DNA from: an uncultured delta proteobacterium
Lineage (GTDB): Bacteria; Myxococcota; Myxococcia; Myxococcales; Myxococcaceae
Assembly (NCBI GenBank): GCA_963713045.1
Contig: CAVQKE010000003.1
Location: 1,152,001-1,216,000, forward strand
Reading direction: 5' to 3'
DNA length: 64,000 nucleotides
Part shown: piece by piece, positions 9,957 through 21,025 of the stretch
How positions within the stretch are numbered: position 1 is the first letter of the stretch
Layout of the letters: each line of letters starts with the position of its first letter
The notes under the pieces: generated by a model
The model's database searches: none
Told to the model about the DNA's origin: nothing
What the model saw: the letters and a program-made list of their open reading frames with translations, nothing else
Position numbers and translations under genes: made by a program

Positions 9957-11232
9957 ACTCACCGTCCCGGCACTGGGCGAGTCCATCACCGAGGCGGTGG
10001 TGGGCAAATGGCACAAGAAGGTGGGCGACCCGGTCGCGGTGGACGAACCGGTGGTGGTGCTGGAGACGGACAAGGTCACCATCGACGTCGCCGCCCCCAC
10101 CGCCGGTGCGCTCTCCTCCATCTCCCACGCCGAGGGAGACCGGGTGAAAATTGGGGACGTCCTCGGCACCATCGCCAGCGGAGCCGGCGCCCAAGCGCCC
10201 CGGCCGGCCGCAGCCGTCGCCGCCCCGAAGCCGCCCCAGCCAGCGCCGGTCGCGGCCGCAGCCTCCCCCAGCCCGCCCAAGGCAGCCCCCCTCCGCGCGG
10301 CGCCGGCATCTGCCGAGGCAGTGCTGCCGTCGGGCAACGGCCGGCAACCTCCGCTGTCCCCGGTGGCGCGAAAGATGGCCGAGGACGCCGGGCTGGACCC
10401 GGGCTCGCTGCATGGCAGTGGCATCTCCGGACGGGTGACGAAGGACGACGTCCTCACCGTCCTGGAAGGCGGAAAGTCCTCTGCGCCAGTGCCGTCCCCC
10501 GCTGCAGTCCCCGCTGGCCCGCAGGCCAACGCCGCCCGTGAGGAGCGGGTGAAGATGACGCCCTTGCGCAAGCGCGTCGCCGAACGCCTGCTTCAGGCCC
10601 AGTCCAGCGCCGCCATCCTCACCACCTTCAATGAAGTCGACATGAGCGCCGTCCTGGCGCTGCGCAAGACGTACGGGGAGCGCTTCCTGGCCCGGCACGG
10701 CACCAAGCTTGGCTTCATGGGCTTCTTCGTCCGCGCCGTGGTGGATGCGCTGAAAGCCTTTCCGCTCGTCAATTCGGAGATTGACGGCGACGAGATTGTC
10801 CTCAAGCGCTACTACGACATTGGCGTGGCCGTCTCCGGCAGCCGCGGCCTGGTGGTGCCCGTCCTGCGCGACGCCGATGCCCTCAGCATGGGCGACATCG
10901 AAAAACGCATCGCTGAACTCGGCAACCGCGCGCGAACCGACAAGCTGACGCTGGCCGAGTTGCAGGGAGGCACCTTCACCATCAGCAATGGCGGCATTTT
11001 TGGTTCCATGCTGAGCACCCCCATTGTCAACCCGCCACAGACGGCCATCCTCGGGATGCACAACATCGTCGAGCGCCCGGTGGCCCGGGAGGGGCAAGTC
11101 GTCATTCGCCCCGTCATGTACCTGGCCCTCTCCTACGACCATCGGCTGATTGATGGCCGAGAAGCAGTGCAATTCCTGGTCCGCATTAAAGAATGCATCG
11201 AGGACCCGGAGCGCCTTTTACTCGAAGTGTGA
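9946..11232 (+). CDS. sucB: Dihydrolipoyllysine-residue succinyltransferase E2
   Basis: Lipoyl domain ETDKV, Ala/Pro linker, E3-binding [13 protein letters not shown], catalytic YDHRLIDG; overlaps sucA. Confidence 0.97.
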   Translation: MAVELTVPALGESITEAVVGKWHKKVGDPVAVDEPVVVLETDKVTIDVAAPTAGALSSISHAEGDRVKIGDVLGTIASGAGAQAPRPAAAVAAPKPPQPAPVAAAASPSPPKAAPLRAAPASAEAVLPSGNGRQPPLSPVARKMAEDAGLDPGSLHGSGISGRVTKDDVLTVLEGGKSSAPVPSPAAVPAGPQANAAREERVKMTPLRKRVAERLLQAQSSAAILTTFNEVDMSAVLALRKTYGERFLARHGTKLGFMGFFVRAVVDALKAFPLVNSEIDGDEIVLKRYYDIGVAVSGSRGLVVPVLRDADALSMGDIEKRIAELGNRARTDKLTLAELQGGTFTISNGGIFGSMLSTPIVNPPQTAILGMHNIVERPVAREGQVVIRPVMYLALSYDHRLIDGREAVQFLVRIKECIEDPERLLLEV

Positions 11233-11268
11233 CGTCGCGGGGCCTTCGCCCTCGGGCAAGGCACCGTC

Positions 11269-11715
11269 TTAGAGGTCCACGTCGTAGACCCGCTGCTGCT
11301 TCTTCAGACGAAAGCCGTTTTTCTCGTAGAAGCGGGCCGCCTCCGTCCGCTCCACGCGCGTCCGGACGCGCAGCCGCTTCATCCCCTGGCCGACCGCCCA
11401 ACTTCGCGCGGCAGCCAGAAGTGCCGAGCCCACGCCGTAGCCCCGCTGGGAGGCCTCCACCACCAGCCCGGAGACTTCGGCCCAACCCCTGCCGTCCTGC
11501 ACCGCGTGGCGGACGCCGGCTTCCAGCCAGCCCACCACCGCCGTGTCGAGGAGGGCGACCAGGAGGCATTGGCTGGCCTCGGTGCGATGCCGCTCAAGGT
11601 GGGCCAGCACCTGCGACGCCGTCACCTCATCGCCCAGCTGCCGGCAGAGCGTGGCCAAGGCGGGCGCGTCCATCGCCTCGGCCCGACGAATTGCAATGGA
11701 TGGCTTCACTTCCAC
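11269..11715 (-). CDS. GNAT family N-acetyltransferase
   Basis: Acetyl-CoA motif [17 protein letters not shown] and [10 protein letters not shown]. Confidence 0.9.
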   Translation of the reverse strand: MEVKPSIAIRRAEAMDAPALATLCRQLGDEVTASQVLAHLERHRTEASQCLLVALLDTAVVGWLEAGVRHAVQDGRGWAEVSGLVVEASQRGYGVGSALLAAARSWAVGQGMKRLRVRTRVERTEAARFYEKNGFRLKKQQRVYDVDL

Positions 11716-11911
11716 TCCTTCCGGGGAGCGGCTGCCACGTATTTGTCACGACGCAGCGCGCTGCAAAGTGCACCGAATGCATGCGTGCATGGACAGCTGT
11801 CGAGAGAGCTTTACTTCAACCTTATGTCTCCATAAAAAAGCGCCCGCCTCCGACCGTGGAGACCACGCGGCGCTTTCAGCCGTGGTGTTGAGAAGGAATA
11901 AGAGACACGAG

Positions 11912-12115
11912 ATGGCAACTGGTACCGTGAAGTGGTTCAACGATGCGAAGGGCTTTGGTTTCATCACACAGGATGGGGGCGGGGAGGATGTCTTCTGCCA
12001 CCACACTGCCATCCAGTCAGAGGGCTTCCGCACCCTGGCTGAGGGTCAGAAGGTGGAGTTCGACGTGGCCCGCGGCCCGAAGGGGCTGCAGGCTCAGAAC
12101 GTCAAGCCCATTTAA
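11912..12115 (+). CDS. Cold-shock protein (CspA family)
   Basis: [18 protein letters not shown]…DVFCHHTAI…[10 protein letters not shown], 67 aa. Confidence 0.97.
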   Translation: MATGTVKWFNDAKGFGFITQDGGGEDVFCHHTAIQSEGFRTLAEGQKVEFDVARGPKGLQAQNVKPI

Positions 12116-12150
12116 GCAGCGGTCCAAGCAGTCCCGGAAGCGTCGGGGGA

Positions 12151-12182
12151 CCCGGCTCCGCAGCCCCCAGAGCGGAGCCGGG
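12151..12182 (+). terminator. Stem-loop after the cold-shock gene, probable terminator or stability hairpin
   Basis: 11-bp inverted repeat CCCGGCTCCGC…GCGGAGCCGGG; no clear U-tract. Confidence 0.5.
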
Positions 12183-12413
12183 GCTCTCCTGTGCGGCGTC
12201 CCGCCGTCAGCCTCCGGGGCCGTGCTGTCCGCGGCACGGGCGCCACCGCTTCGTGTGGGGAGGGTGGGTTTCGCCCCGCCCTGGCGGGTGCCCCCGCTGT
12301 GGTGGCATTTCGTCTCACTTGGAAGGCGCCCGCCGGCCTGGGCCGTTCGCCCTGCCCGCAACTTCGGCGCCCGTTCCCGGGTTGTCTCCTTCGGAAAAGG
12401 AGTACGCCCTTTG

Positions 12414-12641
12414 ATGCGGAACTTGAGGCTTCCCGTCCTTGCAGTCCTTTTGGCCGGTGCCATTTTCGGCTGCGCGACACCCCAACCCGTCGCCGCCCAC
12501 CCGCCACCGTGCCCGAGTGCCGCGTGGGTGGAAGGGCACTACGGCCCCTACGGGCACTGGCACCCTGGGCATTGGGTGTGCCCTGCGGTGGTGGTGGCGC
12601 CGCCGCGAGCGCCCCCGGCGGTCATCGTCACCGGGCAGTGA
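12414..12641 (+). CDS. Small lipoprotein with Trp/His/Gly motifs
   Basis: RBS AAGGAG, lipobox-like IFGC, WVEGHY…HWHPGHW resembling YXWGXW-type repeats. TTG at 12411 is an alternative start. Confidence 0.7.
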   Translation: MRNLRLPVLAVLLAGAIFGCATPQPVAAHPPPCPSAAWVEGHYGPYGHWHPGHWVCPAVVVAPPRAPPAVIVTGQ

Positions 12642-14862
12642 CCGGACTCGGCACCGGTGCGGCCGGTGTCGCCAGGTGGGCCTTCAGGAAGTCCAACTCC
12701 AGCTGGTGCAGGCGCTCCGTCACCTGTGGGTCGGCCACCATGTGGGTGAAGCCAGACAGGGGGACGAAGTCGAACTGCAGGCGCCCGGCGCGGAACAGCG
12801 CGTTCACCAGCTTGAGGGAGTGGAAGAAGTAGACGTTGTCGTCTGACGTCCCATGGAGAAGCAGCAACGGCCGCTGGAGGTTGGCGGCCAGGCCGAGGAG
12901 GCTGTTGCGCGCGTAGACGGCGTCCGCCGCGGGGGGGATGCCGAGGTAGCGCTCGGTGTAGTGCGTGTCGTAGTCGAGCCAGTCCACCACCGGGGCGCCC
13001 GCCACCGAGGCGTGGAAGACATCCGGGCGCTTGAGGACGGCCAGCGCCGCGAGGTAGCCGCCAAACGACCATCCGGTGATGCCCACGCGCGAGAGGTCCA
13101 TCTCCGGGACAACGGCGGCCAGGGCCTTCAGCGCGGCCACTTGGTCATCAAGAATGAGGCCCGAAAAGTCATCCTTGATGGCCCTTTCCCAAGCCCGTCC
13201 CCGGCGCGGCGTCCCGCGTCCGTCGAAGGCCACGACGAGGAAGCCCTGGTCCGCCAGCCACTGCTGGAGGAGGTAGCCGCGAGGGCCGGCCCTGACAATG
13301 TTGAAGTGGGGGCCCCCGTAGCAGTCCACCAGCACCGGCAACTTCTTGCCGGCTGTGGCGCCCCGCGGACGGATGACTGCTGTCCAAAAGTGGAGCTCTC
13401 CCACTTGCCGATACTCCACCCGGGACATGAAGGGCGGGGCCATCGCCACCGAGGGAAGCCGGCCAAGCGTCCTGCCGGTGCGGTCTCTCACCAGCCAGAA
13501 GACGTCGCCGTTGGGCTCCTCGGAGGTGAAGAGCTGCACGCTGCCGTCCTCTGACAGTGCCAACGTTTGCGCCGTGCGCTCGCTTCCGCCGGGAATCAGC
13601 CGCTCTGGCTGCCCTCCGGCCCGCACCCGCATGGCCACCGTGTCTGGCGCCTGGGGCGAGGCAACGAAGTACAGCGTTTTCTCCCGCGCGTCGTAGCCCG
13701 AAAGCCACACCAAGTGTTCGGCCCCCTTCACCCAAATGTCCTTCAGCGCGCCATCCACCCCGTGGAATTCGACTTCCCACGCCCCGCTGCGCTCGGACAG
13801 CCAGAAAAAGCCCGAGCCGTCGTCGAGCCAAGTGGGCAGGTCTTCGCCGGGTGGCAGGTTGAGCCAGGCGGGGTCCCTTTCGGACAGCAGCACCCGAGTC
13901 GCACCGGTGCTGGTGTCCACCGCGAGCAAGTTCTCTTCGGTCTGCGGGCGATTCTGCACCAGCACCGTCAGCGGACCATGCTTGGGCCACACCACACGCG
14001 CCAGGTAGGGGAATTTCTCTCGGTCCCAGTCCACCCAAATGGTGGAGCCGCCGGCGGACGCCACCACGCCGAGGCGCACCTTGGCGTTGGCCTTCCCCGG
14101 GCGCGGGTAAGGAAAGCTGTTGGCTGGCTGCTCGGGCCGGGCCGGGTCCTGGATGGTGAAGGTCTCCACCTCCCGCGTGTCCGACTCCTCGTAGGCCAGG
14201 GACTTGCCGTCCGGGGACCACCAGAAGCCGCGGAAGCGATGCATCTCCTCCTCGGCGACGAATTCGGCCAGGCCGTGGGTGAAGCGCTCGCTGCCCCCAG
14301 TCGTCAGTTGGCGCGACTTGCCGCTGGCGATGTCCAAGACGTGCAGGTCAAAGTCCTTGACGTACGCCAGCTGCGTGCCGTCCGGAGACAAAACAGGGTT
14401 GAGGACCCCCTGGACGCCGAGGGCGCGGGAGCTGTCGTCGACGGGCTTGCCGGCGGTGAGGGCGCGGATGTCCACCAGATAGACGCGGCCGGAGAGCACC
14501 GTGACCAACGTCTTTCCGTCTTGAGACAATTCGAAGCCAGTGAAGCCTCGCGCACTAATCCGCTTCCGCTCGAGCGCCGCGCGTTCGGCGACGCTCAGCT
14601 GCTGTTCAGCGCCCTTCAGCAACGCTTCGGCTGTCAGAAGCTGCTCGGTCTTCCCGGTGGCGACGTCGAAGGCGTACAGCGACTGCACCGGGGAGGTGGC
14701 CTCTGAACGCAGAAAGAGGACCCAACGGCCGTCGGCGGTGGCCCTCACCTGCTTCGGCATCCCTTGGGTGAAGGCGCGGGTTCGGGCGTAGAGCCCGAGG
14801 AAACCGTCGTCGGGGGGTGTGGCTGAGGCAGTCAGCAAGCTCAAAAGCATGGGTGTCAGCAT
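12628..14862 (-). CDS. S9 family (dipeptidyl peptidase IV-like) peptidase
   Basis: Propeller motifs (GLAEFVAEEEM, WWSPDG, YPRPGKAN), nucleophile GWSFGG, DDNV Asp, and His in FTHM. Confidence 0.93.
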   Translation of the reverse strand: MLTPMLLSLLTASATPPDDGFLGLYARTRAFTQGMPKQVRATADGRWVLFLRSEATSPVQSLYAFDVATGKTEQLLTAEALLKGAEQQLSVAERAALERKRISARGFTGFELSQDGKTLVTVLSGRVYLVDIRALTAGKPVDDSSRALGVQGVLNPVLSPDGTQLAYVKDFDLHVLDIASGKSRQLTTGGSERFTHGLAEFVAEEEMHRFRGFWWSPDGKSLAYEESDTREVETFTIQDPARPEQPANSFPYPRPGKANAKVRLGVVASAGGSTIWVDWDREKFPYLARVVWPKHGPLTVLVQNRPQTEENLLAVDTSTGATRVLLSERDPAWLNLPPGEDLPTWLDDGSGFFWLSERSGAWEVEFHGVDGALKDIWVKGAEHLVWLSGYDAREKTLYFVASPQAPDTVAMRVRAGGQPERLIPGGSERTAQTLALSEDGSVQLFTSEEPNGDVFWLVRDRTGRTLGRLPSVAMAPPFMSRVEYRQVGELHFWTAVIRPRGATAGKKLPVLVDCYGGPHFNIVRAGPRGYLLQQWLADQGFLVVAFDGRGTPRRGRAWERAIKDDFSGLILDDQVAALKALAAVVPEMDLSRVGITGWSFGGYLAALAVLKRPDVFHASVAGAPVVDWLDYDTHYTERYLGIPPAADAVYARNSLLGLAANLQRPLLLLHGTSDDNVYFFHSLKLVNALFRAGRLQFDFVPLSGFTHMVADPQVTERLHQLELDFLKAHLATPAAPVPSPVTAR

Positions 14863-14931
14863 CGGGGTCCAAAGAGGGAATAGCCTGGTGGCGCCGGGGC
14901 AAGCCAGCCCGAAGACAGAGGAAGCCTTTTT

Positions 14932-15462
14932 TTGCGCAACTCGACCGCCGCGCTGGTGCTGTTGGTGTCGGCGGCCCTGGGCATTGCCGCCGGCCTGGTG
15001 GCCGTGCGCAGAGAGCGCTTGGAAGCGGTGGGGGAGGCGCGACAGCGGGCCGCCGAGGCGCACTTGGCCGACGTCGCCCGCTGCCTCACCCTTGTCCGAT
15101 GGACACTCGACCCGACGCCGGAGGGCGGCGGCGTGGTGCGCGCCGAAATCCTCCCCGGGCGCGAGGGCCGCGTGGCGCTCGACGCGCACGGGGGCCGCGG
15201 GGTGGAGGACGTCCTGGTGCCGGAGCTTCAAACCGCGCGGCTGTTGCCGACGCCGGTGCAGGCCGGCGTGGCCGTGGTCCTAGAACGTCGGCTGCGCCGG
15301 GTGCGCCCCGGGGAGGCGGAGGACTTGGCGCTGCGCTTCAGCTGCCTGCCACCTGGGCCCCAGGGCACGTTCGGCACCATCGAATACGACACCGCTGTCA
15401 GCACCCAAGTGCCAGACGGCTTCGGCGGGCTGGTGCGGCCGTTGCCGCAGCCGTCTCGCTAA
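14932..15462 (+). CDS. Hypothetical membrane-anchored protein
   Basis: N-terminal hydrophobic helix, fills the gap between two genes, no recognised domain. Confidence 0.6.
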   Translation: MRNSTAALVLLVSAALGIAAGLVAVRRERLEAVGEARQRAAEAHLADVARCLTLVRWTLDPTPEGGGVVRAEILPGREGRVALDAHGGRGVEDVLVPELQTARLLPTPVQAGVAVVLERRLRRVRPGEAEDLALRFSCLPPGPQGTFGTIEYDTAVSTQVPDGFGGLVRPLPQPSR

Positions 15463-15554
15463 CGCCGCTTCCCCCCAGGGGGGGCCGACAAACCGCTCGA
15501 CGGGCGGCCGCCGGCCTGTTCGAGTCGGCCCGCCCCCGTCTGTAGGAGCGTCCC

Positions 15555-16820
15555 ATGGCACGCAGCGCCCTTTGGCTGGTCGCACTCCTCGTCCTGTGGG
15601 GCCTGCCGGCGGCCGCGACGGCGCCGCCGGTGCTGGTGCGCGCCGGCTGGCTGGTCGACCCAGCCGCCGGAACGGCGGCCGCCAACCAGAAGCTCCTCAT
15701 CGAGGATGGCCACATTCGGGCAGTGGGGCCGCGCCTGGAGGCGCCCGCCGGTGCGCAGGTGATTGACCTCTCCAACCGCTACGTGCTGCCCGGCCTCATC
15801 GACGTCCACACCCACCTGTGCCTCAGCGTGAAGACGCAAGGGGGCCACGGACTGAATGACCTGCTGAAGTCGCTGCTCTCCTCCACCTTGCTAGAGACGA
15901 ATGCGCGCCGCGCGCTGATGGGGGTGGTGAACGCTCGGGAGATGTTGGCCGCCGGCTTCACCACCGTCCGCGACGTCGGCAACGCTGGAAACTACGCCGA
16001 CACCGACTTACGGCGTTCGATTGAGGAGGGATGGATTGCCGGGCCGACCATCATCAACGCCGGCCGAATCATTGCCCCGCTGGGCGGGCAGTACCACCAC
16101 CTGACGCCGGAACGCCCCACCTTAGGAGAGCCCGAGTACCTGTACGCCGACACGCCCGAGGAGATGCGGCGCGCCGTTCGAACCAACGTCCTGTACGGCG
16201 CCAAAGTCATCAAAATCGTCGTCGACGACCAGCCCTACCTCTACTCCGTCGAGGACGTGCGGACGCTGGTGTCGGAGGCGGCACGGGCGGGGATGAAGGT
16301 GGCCGCCCATTGTGCAACCGACGCCGGCGCACGGATTGCCGCCGAGGGCGGCGTGGCCTCTGTTGAGCACGCCTACGATGCGACGACGGAGACCCTGGAG
16401 TTGATGAAGAAGAAAGGCGTCTTCCTGGTGGGCACCGACTTCACCCGGACGGCGGCGCACGAGATGGGGATGGACGACTACCACCCGCGGGTGGTGGCGC
16501 GCCTGCGGCGCGCGCGGGCGGTGGGCGTCCCCATCGCCTTCGGGACGGACGTGGTTTTCCCGATGGCCGGTGAAACCCGGGGCACCTTGTCCATCGCCTT
16601 CGTCGAGAGTTACCAGGAGGCTGGTTTCAGCCCGCCGGCCATTCTGCGGATGATGACGGTGGATGCGGCGCGGCTGTTGGGGGTGGAGAAGGAACGGGGC
16701 AACCTGCAGCCGGGCGCCGCGGCGGACTTGGTGGCCACCGAGGCGAATCCGCTGGAGGATGCCAGTGCCCTGCGCCACGTCGCCTTCGTGATGAAGGGTG
16801 GGCAGGTGTTTCGCCCCTGA
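15555..16820 (+). CDS. Exported metal-dependent amidohydrolase
   Basis: Signal peptide, PGLIDVHTH, GFTTVRDVG, AHC, EHA, AFGTD; RBS AGGAG. Confidence 0.9.
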   Translation: MARSALWLVALLVLWGLPAAATAPPVLVRAGWLVDPAAGTAAANQKLLIEDGHIRAVGPRLEAPAGAQVIDLSNRYVLPGLIDVHTHLCLSVKTQGGHGLNDLLKSLLSSTLLETNARRALMGVVNAREMLAAGFTTVRDVGNAGNYADTDLRRSIEEGWIAGPTIINAGRIIAPLGGQYHHLTPERPTLGEPEYLYADTPEEMRRAVRTNVLYGAKVIKIVVDDQPYLYSVEDVRTLVSEAARAGMKVAAHCATDAGARIAAEGGVASVEHAYDATTETLELMKKKGVFLVGTDFTRTAAHEMGMDDYHPRVVARLRRARAVGVPIAFGTDVVFPMAGETRGTLSIAFVESYQEAGFSPPAILRMMTVDAARLLGVEKERGNLQPGAAADLVATEANPLEDASALRHVAFVMKGGQVFRP

Positions 16821-16824
16821 GGAA

Positions 16825-18315
16825 TTAGGGGACCACCAGGGCGCGCAGCTGGGGGCCTCCCCCTGGGGCAAGAACGCGCACCAGGACGGTGCTCCCGGGC
16901 CGGGTCGCTTTGAGGGTGGACGCGGCGTCACGGGCGCTGTGCACCTGCGCCCCTCCGAATTCGGTGACGACCAGGCCGACGGTGAAGTCTGCCGCATCCG
17001 CCGGCGAACCCGGCACGACGCTTACCACCACCGCGCCCTGTCCACGCACGCCAAGCCGCGCCGCCAACTCCGGAGTGAGGTCGGTCAACTCCAGCCCGAG
17101 GCCCGCGTCCGCAGAGGTCGGCCGTTCGTCCGACGGTGGCCGGGTGAACGGCCCGGTGCCCTCCAAGTCGGTGCGTGTCCCCAGCGTCACCTGGACGTCC
17201 TGTGGGATTCCGCCTCGGACAAGGGTCAGCTTCACCTGGGAGGCGGGGGCACGGAGCGCCACACCGTGAAGCAGCTCCGTCTGGGAGGTGACCGGCTGCC
17301 CGTCCAGCGCAACCACCACGTCATCCCGCCGCAGCCCGGCGCGCTCGGCAGCCGAGTCGCGGGTGAAGCCGCTCAGCAGCGCGCCCTGGCCGGAGCTGAC
17401 CCCCAGCGCCCGCCCCAGTGCCGGCGTCATCTCCTGAAAGAAGGCGCCCAGGGCGCCTCGCGTCACCCCACCCTCCTTCTCCAGCTGAGGGAGCAACTCC
17501 AGGACGACCGAGGAGGGCACCGCAAAGCCGATGCCGGCCGCCACCTGCACGGCGGTGGCGATGCCCACCACCTCCCCCTGCAGGTTGAAGAGGGGGCCGC
17601 CGGAGTTGCCAGGGTTGATGGCGGCGTCCGTCTGGAGGAGTTCCGCGTAGGGGCTCCCCAGGTTCCGGCCGCGCCCGCTGACAACGCCCAAGGAAACGCT
17701 GGAGGAAAGCCCGAAGGGGTTTCCCACCGCCAAAACCCAGTCCCCGGTGCGAAGCCGTTGGGAGTCGCCGAGTTGCGCAGCCGGAAGGCCTTTCGGCGCG
17801 TGGCGCATCCGCAGCAGCGCGAGGTCCGTCGGCGCGTCGCGGCCCACCACTTCGGCCTGGTACACCCGGCCATCGGCGAGGTGCACCAACAGCGAAGAAG
17901 CGTCGTGCAGCAGGTGGAAGCTGGTCAGCACCAAGCCGTGGCCGCCGAGGAGGACGCCGGCCCCGGCATGCTCGCGTGAGCCAGAATGCCCGGGGACGGG
18001 GGGGTGTCCCTCGGGAAGAGGTGCCTCCTCCTCCTCCTCCTCTCCCTCCTCCTCGTCCCCCGACGGCGAAGTGGCCGAGCCCCGCTCCAAGTCCACACTC
18101 ACCACCGTCGGAAGAATGGCCTCAACCAGCGGTGCCAGCGACGGCAGCTCCACCGGCACCGGCGAACGGGGCGCTGGCGGCGGCACCGCAGGGACCAGCA
18201 CCTCCATCTCTGGGGGGCTGGACGCGACGCGGGCAGGGCTCTCGCGGCAGGCCGACACGGCCAAGAGCAGCAGCGCCCCGGTGCACCACCTTGAAGCTGG
18301 CCGCACGGTGGCCAT
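16825..18315 (-). CDS. HtrA/DegP-family serine protease with two PDZ domains, probable lipoprotein
   Basis: Triad motifs [26 protein letters not shown]; two C-terminal PDZ-like regions; lipobox-like VSAC. Confidence 0.92.
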   Translation of the reverse strand: MATVRPASRWCTGALLLLAVSACRESPARVASSPPEMEVLVPAVPPPAPRSPVPVELPSLAPLVEAILPTVVSVDLERGSATSPSGDEEEGEEEEEEAPLPEGHPPVPGHSGSREHAGAGVLLGGHGLVLTSFHLLHDASSLLVHLADGRVYQAEVVGRDAPTDLALLRMRHAPKGLPAAQLGDSQRLRTGDWVLAVGNPFGLSSSVSLGVVSGRGRNLGSPYAELLQTDAAINPGNSGGPLFNLQGEVVGIATAVQVAAGIGFAVPSSVVLELLPQLEKEGGVTRGALGAFFQEMTPALGRALGVSSGQGALLSGFTRDSAAERAGLRRDDVVVALDGQPVTSQTELLHGVALRAPASQVKLTLVRGGIPQDVQVTLGTRTDLEGTGPFTRPPSDERPTSADAGLGLELTDLTPELAARLGVRGQGAVVVSVVPGSPADAADFTVGLVVTEFGGAQVHSARDAASTLKATRPGSTVLVRVLAPGGGPQLRALVVP

Positions 18316-18634
18316 ACGTACCAGACACATAGCGAATTGCCGGCCCCGCGCACGGCAAAGCGACACCCCAAGCAGGGGCACAACTGCCTTCCTTGGCAAG
18401 AGACACCCCCCACGCAACGGAAGTTTCCCCGAAACCGGCCGGCGGGGGCCCCCCACCCGTCGGCGCTGGGCCAGCTTGACACCCTCCCGTGCATTCCTGA
18501 CAGTCGGCGGCCCAGGTGGACTCCGCTTCCCTCAGCCACGGCGTCCGTGCCCACTGGAAGCAGGGCGGCCTCCGTCAGCTCGACCTTGCCGCGCTGGGTG
18601 TCGGCGCTCGGCGCTTGCAAGCGGGCCGGGGGGT

Positions 18635-19453
18635 ATGAAGCTTCCCAGTCGACCCTTCGAAGCGGTGCTGCCGGTGCTGGCGGCGGCCGCGCTTCTGGGC
18701 TTCCTGGTGGTGCCCCTTGTGGCGTTGGTGCTTTCCACCAGCGTTGGGGAGATGGCGGCCGGGCTTCGCCACCCGCTGGCGGTGGCAGCCCTTGGGCTAA
18801 GCCTCTTCACAACCAGCTGCTCGCTGGCGCTGGTGCTGGTGCTGGGGACGCCGCTGGCGTGGCTTCTCTCCCAGCGTACCGGCCGGGCGGCCCGGGCGGT
18901 GGGCACCCTGGTGCAGCTTCCCATCGTCATCCCCCCGGCAGTTTCGGGGCTGGCACTGCTGTTGGCCTTTGGCCGCCGGGGCCTTTTCGGGCCGTGGCTT
19001 GAGCGCGCTGGCATCAGCCTGCCCTTCACCACCGCGGCAGTGGTGTTGGCCGAGGTGTTTGTCTCGGCGCCCTTCTACGTCCAGGCTGCGGCGGCCGCCT
19101 TTCGCCGGCTCGACTCCTCGTTGCTGCTGGTCGCCCATTCGCTGGGGGCCGGCCCGGCGCGAACCTTCTTCCGGGTGGCGCTGCCGCTGTCTCTGCCTGG
19201 CCTAGTCACCGGCGCAGCTCTCAGCTGGTCCAGAGCCCTTGGGGAATTCGGGGCGACATTGATGTTTGCCGGAAACCTCTCCGGGCGCACCCAAACCCTT
19301 CCGCTGGCCATCTACACCGCCATGGAGGGCGACCTGCGCCCAGCCAAAGCCATGTCGCTGGTGCTGGTGGCGGTGGCGTTTGGCCTTTTGCTGTTGGTGG
19401 GGCGGCGGGCGCAAAGCTTCCTGGGAGGCGAGGGTGCTCGACGCGCGGCTTGA
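18635..19453 (+). CDS. modB: Molybdate ABC transporter permease
   Basis: [46 protein letters not shown]. Confidence 0.92.
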   Translation: MKLPSRPFEAVLPVLAAAALLGFLVVPLVALVLSTSVGEMAAGLRHPLAVAALGLSLFTTSCSLALVLVLGTPLAWLLSQRTGRAARAVGTLVQLPIVIPPAVSGLALLLAFGRRGLFGPWLERAGISLPFTTAAVVLAEVFVSAPFYVQAAAAAFRRLDSSLLLVAHSLGAGPARTFFRVALPLSLPGLVTGAALSWSRALGEFGATLMFAGNLSGRTQTLPLAIYTAMEGDLRPAKAMSLVLVAVAFGLLLLVGRRAQSFLGGEGARRAA

Positions 19454-20153
19454 AAGTCGCCGAGGCAGCTTTCACCTCTTGGTGAACTTCACCGCTGGGC
19501 CGGGGCCCTTGCTGGTCACCGGGCCCAACGGCTCCGGCAAGACGACGCTGCTCCTGACGGTGTTGGGGGCCGTCCGCCCCAGCGCCGGCCGCCTGGCGCT
19601 GGGCCGCGACGTCTTTTTCGACTCCGCCTCAGGCTTCAACCTGCCGGTGGAGGAACGCCGGGTGGCGTATGTCCCCCAGGAGTCGGGCCTCTTTCCTCAC
19701 TTGTCGGTACGGGACAACGTCGGCTTCGGGCTGTCCGGCCTCGCCGGGCCGGCCCGCGCGGCGCGGGTGGAAAAAGCGCTCGCCCAGCTGGGCGCAGTCG
19801 AGCTGTTGGAGCGCATGCCCAGTGGCCTATCGGGTGGCGAGCGGCAGCGCGTCGCGCTGGCCCGGGCGCTGGCCACGGAGCCGCGGGCCCTGCTGCTGGA
19901 CGAGCCGCTGGCCTCCCTCGACACGCCGAGCCGCACCCGCTTCCGCAGCTTTTTGGCCAGCTACCTCCGGCAACTGGAAATTCCTGCCCTCGTCGTCACC
20001 CACGAGGCGGAAGACGCCCGCGTCCTGGGTGGGGAGATGCTTGTCTTAGAAGGCGGCCGGGTGGCGGAGCGCGGGCCGGTGGAAGCGCTTCGGGCCGCAC
20101 CGGCCTCGGCCTTCGCCCGCGCGTTTTGGGCGCCCAGTCTGGGAGAGGCCTAG
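19434..20153 (+). CDS. modC: Molybdate ABC transporter ATP-binding protein
   Basis: [35 protein letters not shown]; lies between modB and modA. Confidence 0.88.
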   Translation: MLDARLESRRGSFHLLVNFTAGPGPLLVTGPNGSGKTTLLLTVLGAVRPSAGRLALGRDVFFDSASGFNLPVEERRVAYVPQESGLFPHLSVRDNVGFGLSGLAGPARAARVEKALAQLGAVELLERMPSGLSGGERQRVALARALATEPRALLLDEPLASLDTPSRTRFRSFLASYLRQLEIPALVVTHEAEDARVLGGEMLVLEGGRVAERGPVEALRAAPASAFARAFWAPSLGEA

Positions 20154-20173
20154 CGGCCCCAAAGAAGGAAACG

Positions 20174-20968
20174 GTGACCGAGAGACAACGCGATGAGGGC
20201 CGGCTTCGGCGCTGGTGTTTGTGCGCGGTGCTTCTGGCCAGCTTCAACGGCCCGGCGGCGGCGGACGCGCCCCGGGAACTCGTCATTTTCGCGGCGGCCT
20301 CGCTGCGCGAGGCCTGCACCACGTTGGAAGCCCCCTTTGAGGAGGCCCACCCGGGGGTGCGCCTTCGCTTCAACTTCGCTGGCAGCCAGCAGCTGCGCAC
20401 GCAACTGGAGCAAGGGGCGGCAGCCGACGTTTTTCTCTCCGCGGACGGCCGCCAAATGGAACTGGCTCGCAAGGCTGGGCGGGTAGGGCCAGAGCTGCTG
20501 CTGGCGAGCAACCTGCCGGTCCTCATCGTCCCGCGAAGTAACCCAGCGGGCCTTCGACGCTTCGCCGACTTGCCCACTGTGAAGCGCCTGGTCGTTGGAA
20601 CGCCGGAGGTCCCCATCGGGCACTACACCCTCGAGATTCTGGAGCGGGCCAACCGCGTCTACGGCGCGGACTTCAGTGCGCGCGTCCAAGCGCGCGTGGT
20701 GTCCCGGGAGCTGAACGTCAAGCAGGTCCTCACCAAAGTCGTCTTGGCCGAGGCCGACGCCGGCATGGTGTACCAAAGCGACGCGCAGAGCGCCCTGACC
20801 CAGGTGCAAGTGGTCCCCATTCCTGGGGACATCAACGTCGTGGCCCACTACCCGATGGCCAGCGTGCTGCGTTCGGCCCAGCCGGCGCTGGCCAATGCCT
20901 ACATGCAGTTTCTGCTCTCGGCGCCGGCGCAGGCCGTCTTCGCGCGCGACGGCTTCGGGCCGCCTTGA
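20174..20968 (+). CDS. modA: Molybdate ABC transporter substrate-binding protein
   Basis: IFAAASL, NFAGSQQL, GAAADVFLSA, VPIGHY, ADAGMVYQSD. Confidence 0.92.
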   Translation: MTERQRDEGRLRRWCLCAVLLASFNGPAAADAPRELVIFAAASLREACTTLEAPFEEAHPGVRLRFNFAGSQQLRTQLEQGAAADVFLSADGRQMELARKAGRVGPELLLASNLPVLIVPRSNPAGLRRFADLPTVKRLVVGTPEVPIGHYTLEILERANRVYGADFSARVQARVVSRELNVKQVLTKVVLAEADAGMVYQSDAQSALTQVQVVPIPGDINVVAHYPMASVLRSAQPALANAYMQFLLSAPAQAVFARDGFGPP

Positions 20969-21025
20969 GGGCAGAGCCAGGGGCCATTGCCCACCCGACT
21001 GCTTTGGGCTAGCGCTCCAGGCGCT

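Noticed and set aside
8235..10571. 778-aa minus-strand ORF and similar long ORFs (22355..24217, 37903..40167, 49486..51162)
   Set aside because: Antisense to well-supported genes, with no recognisable motifs.
11233..11268. Missing lpdA after sucAB
   Set aside because: E3 is commonly encoded elsewhere and shared between complexes, so its absence here is not informative.
15471..15485. C-run/A/G-run palindromes here and near 47093-47105 as a possible REP-like family
   Set aside because: Too short and low-complexity, with no shared flanks.
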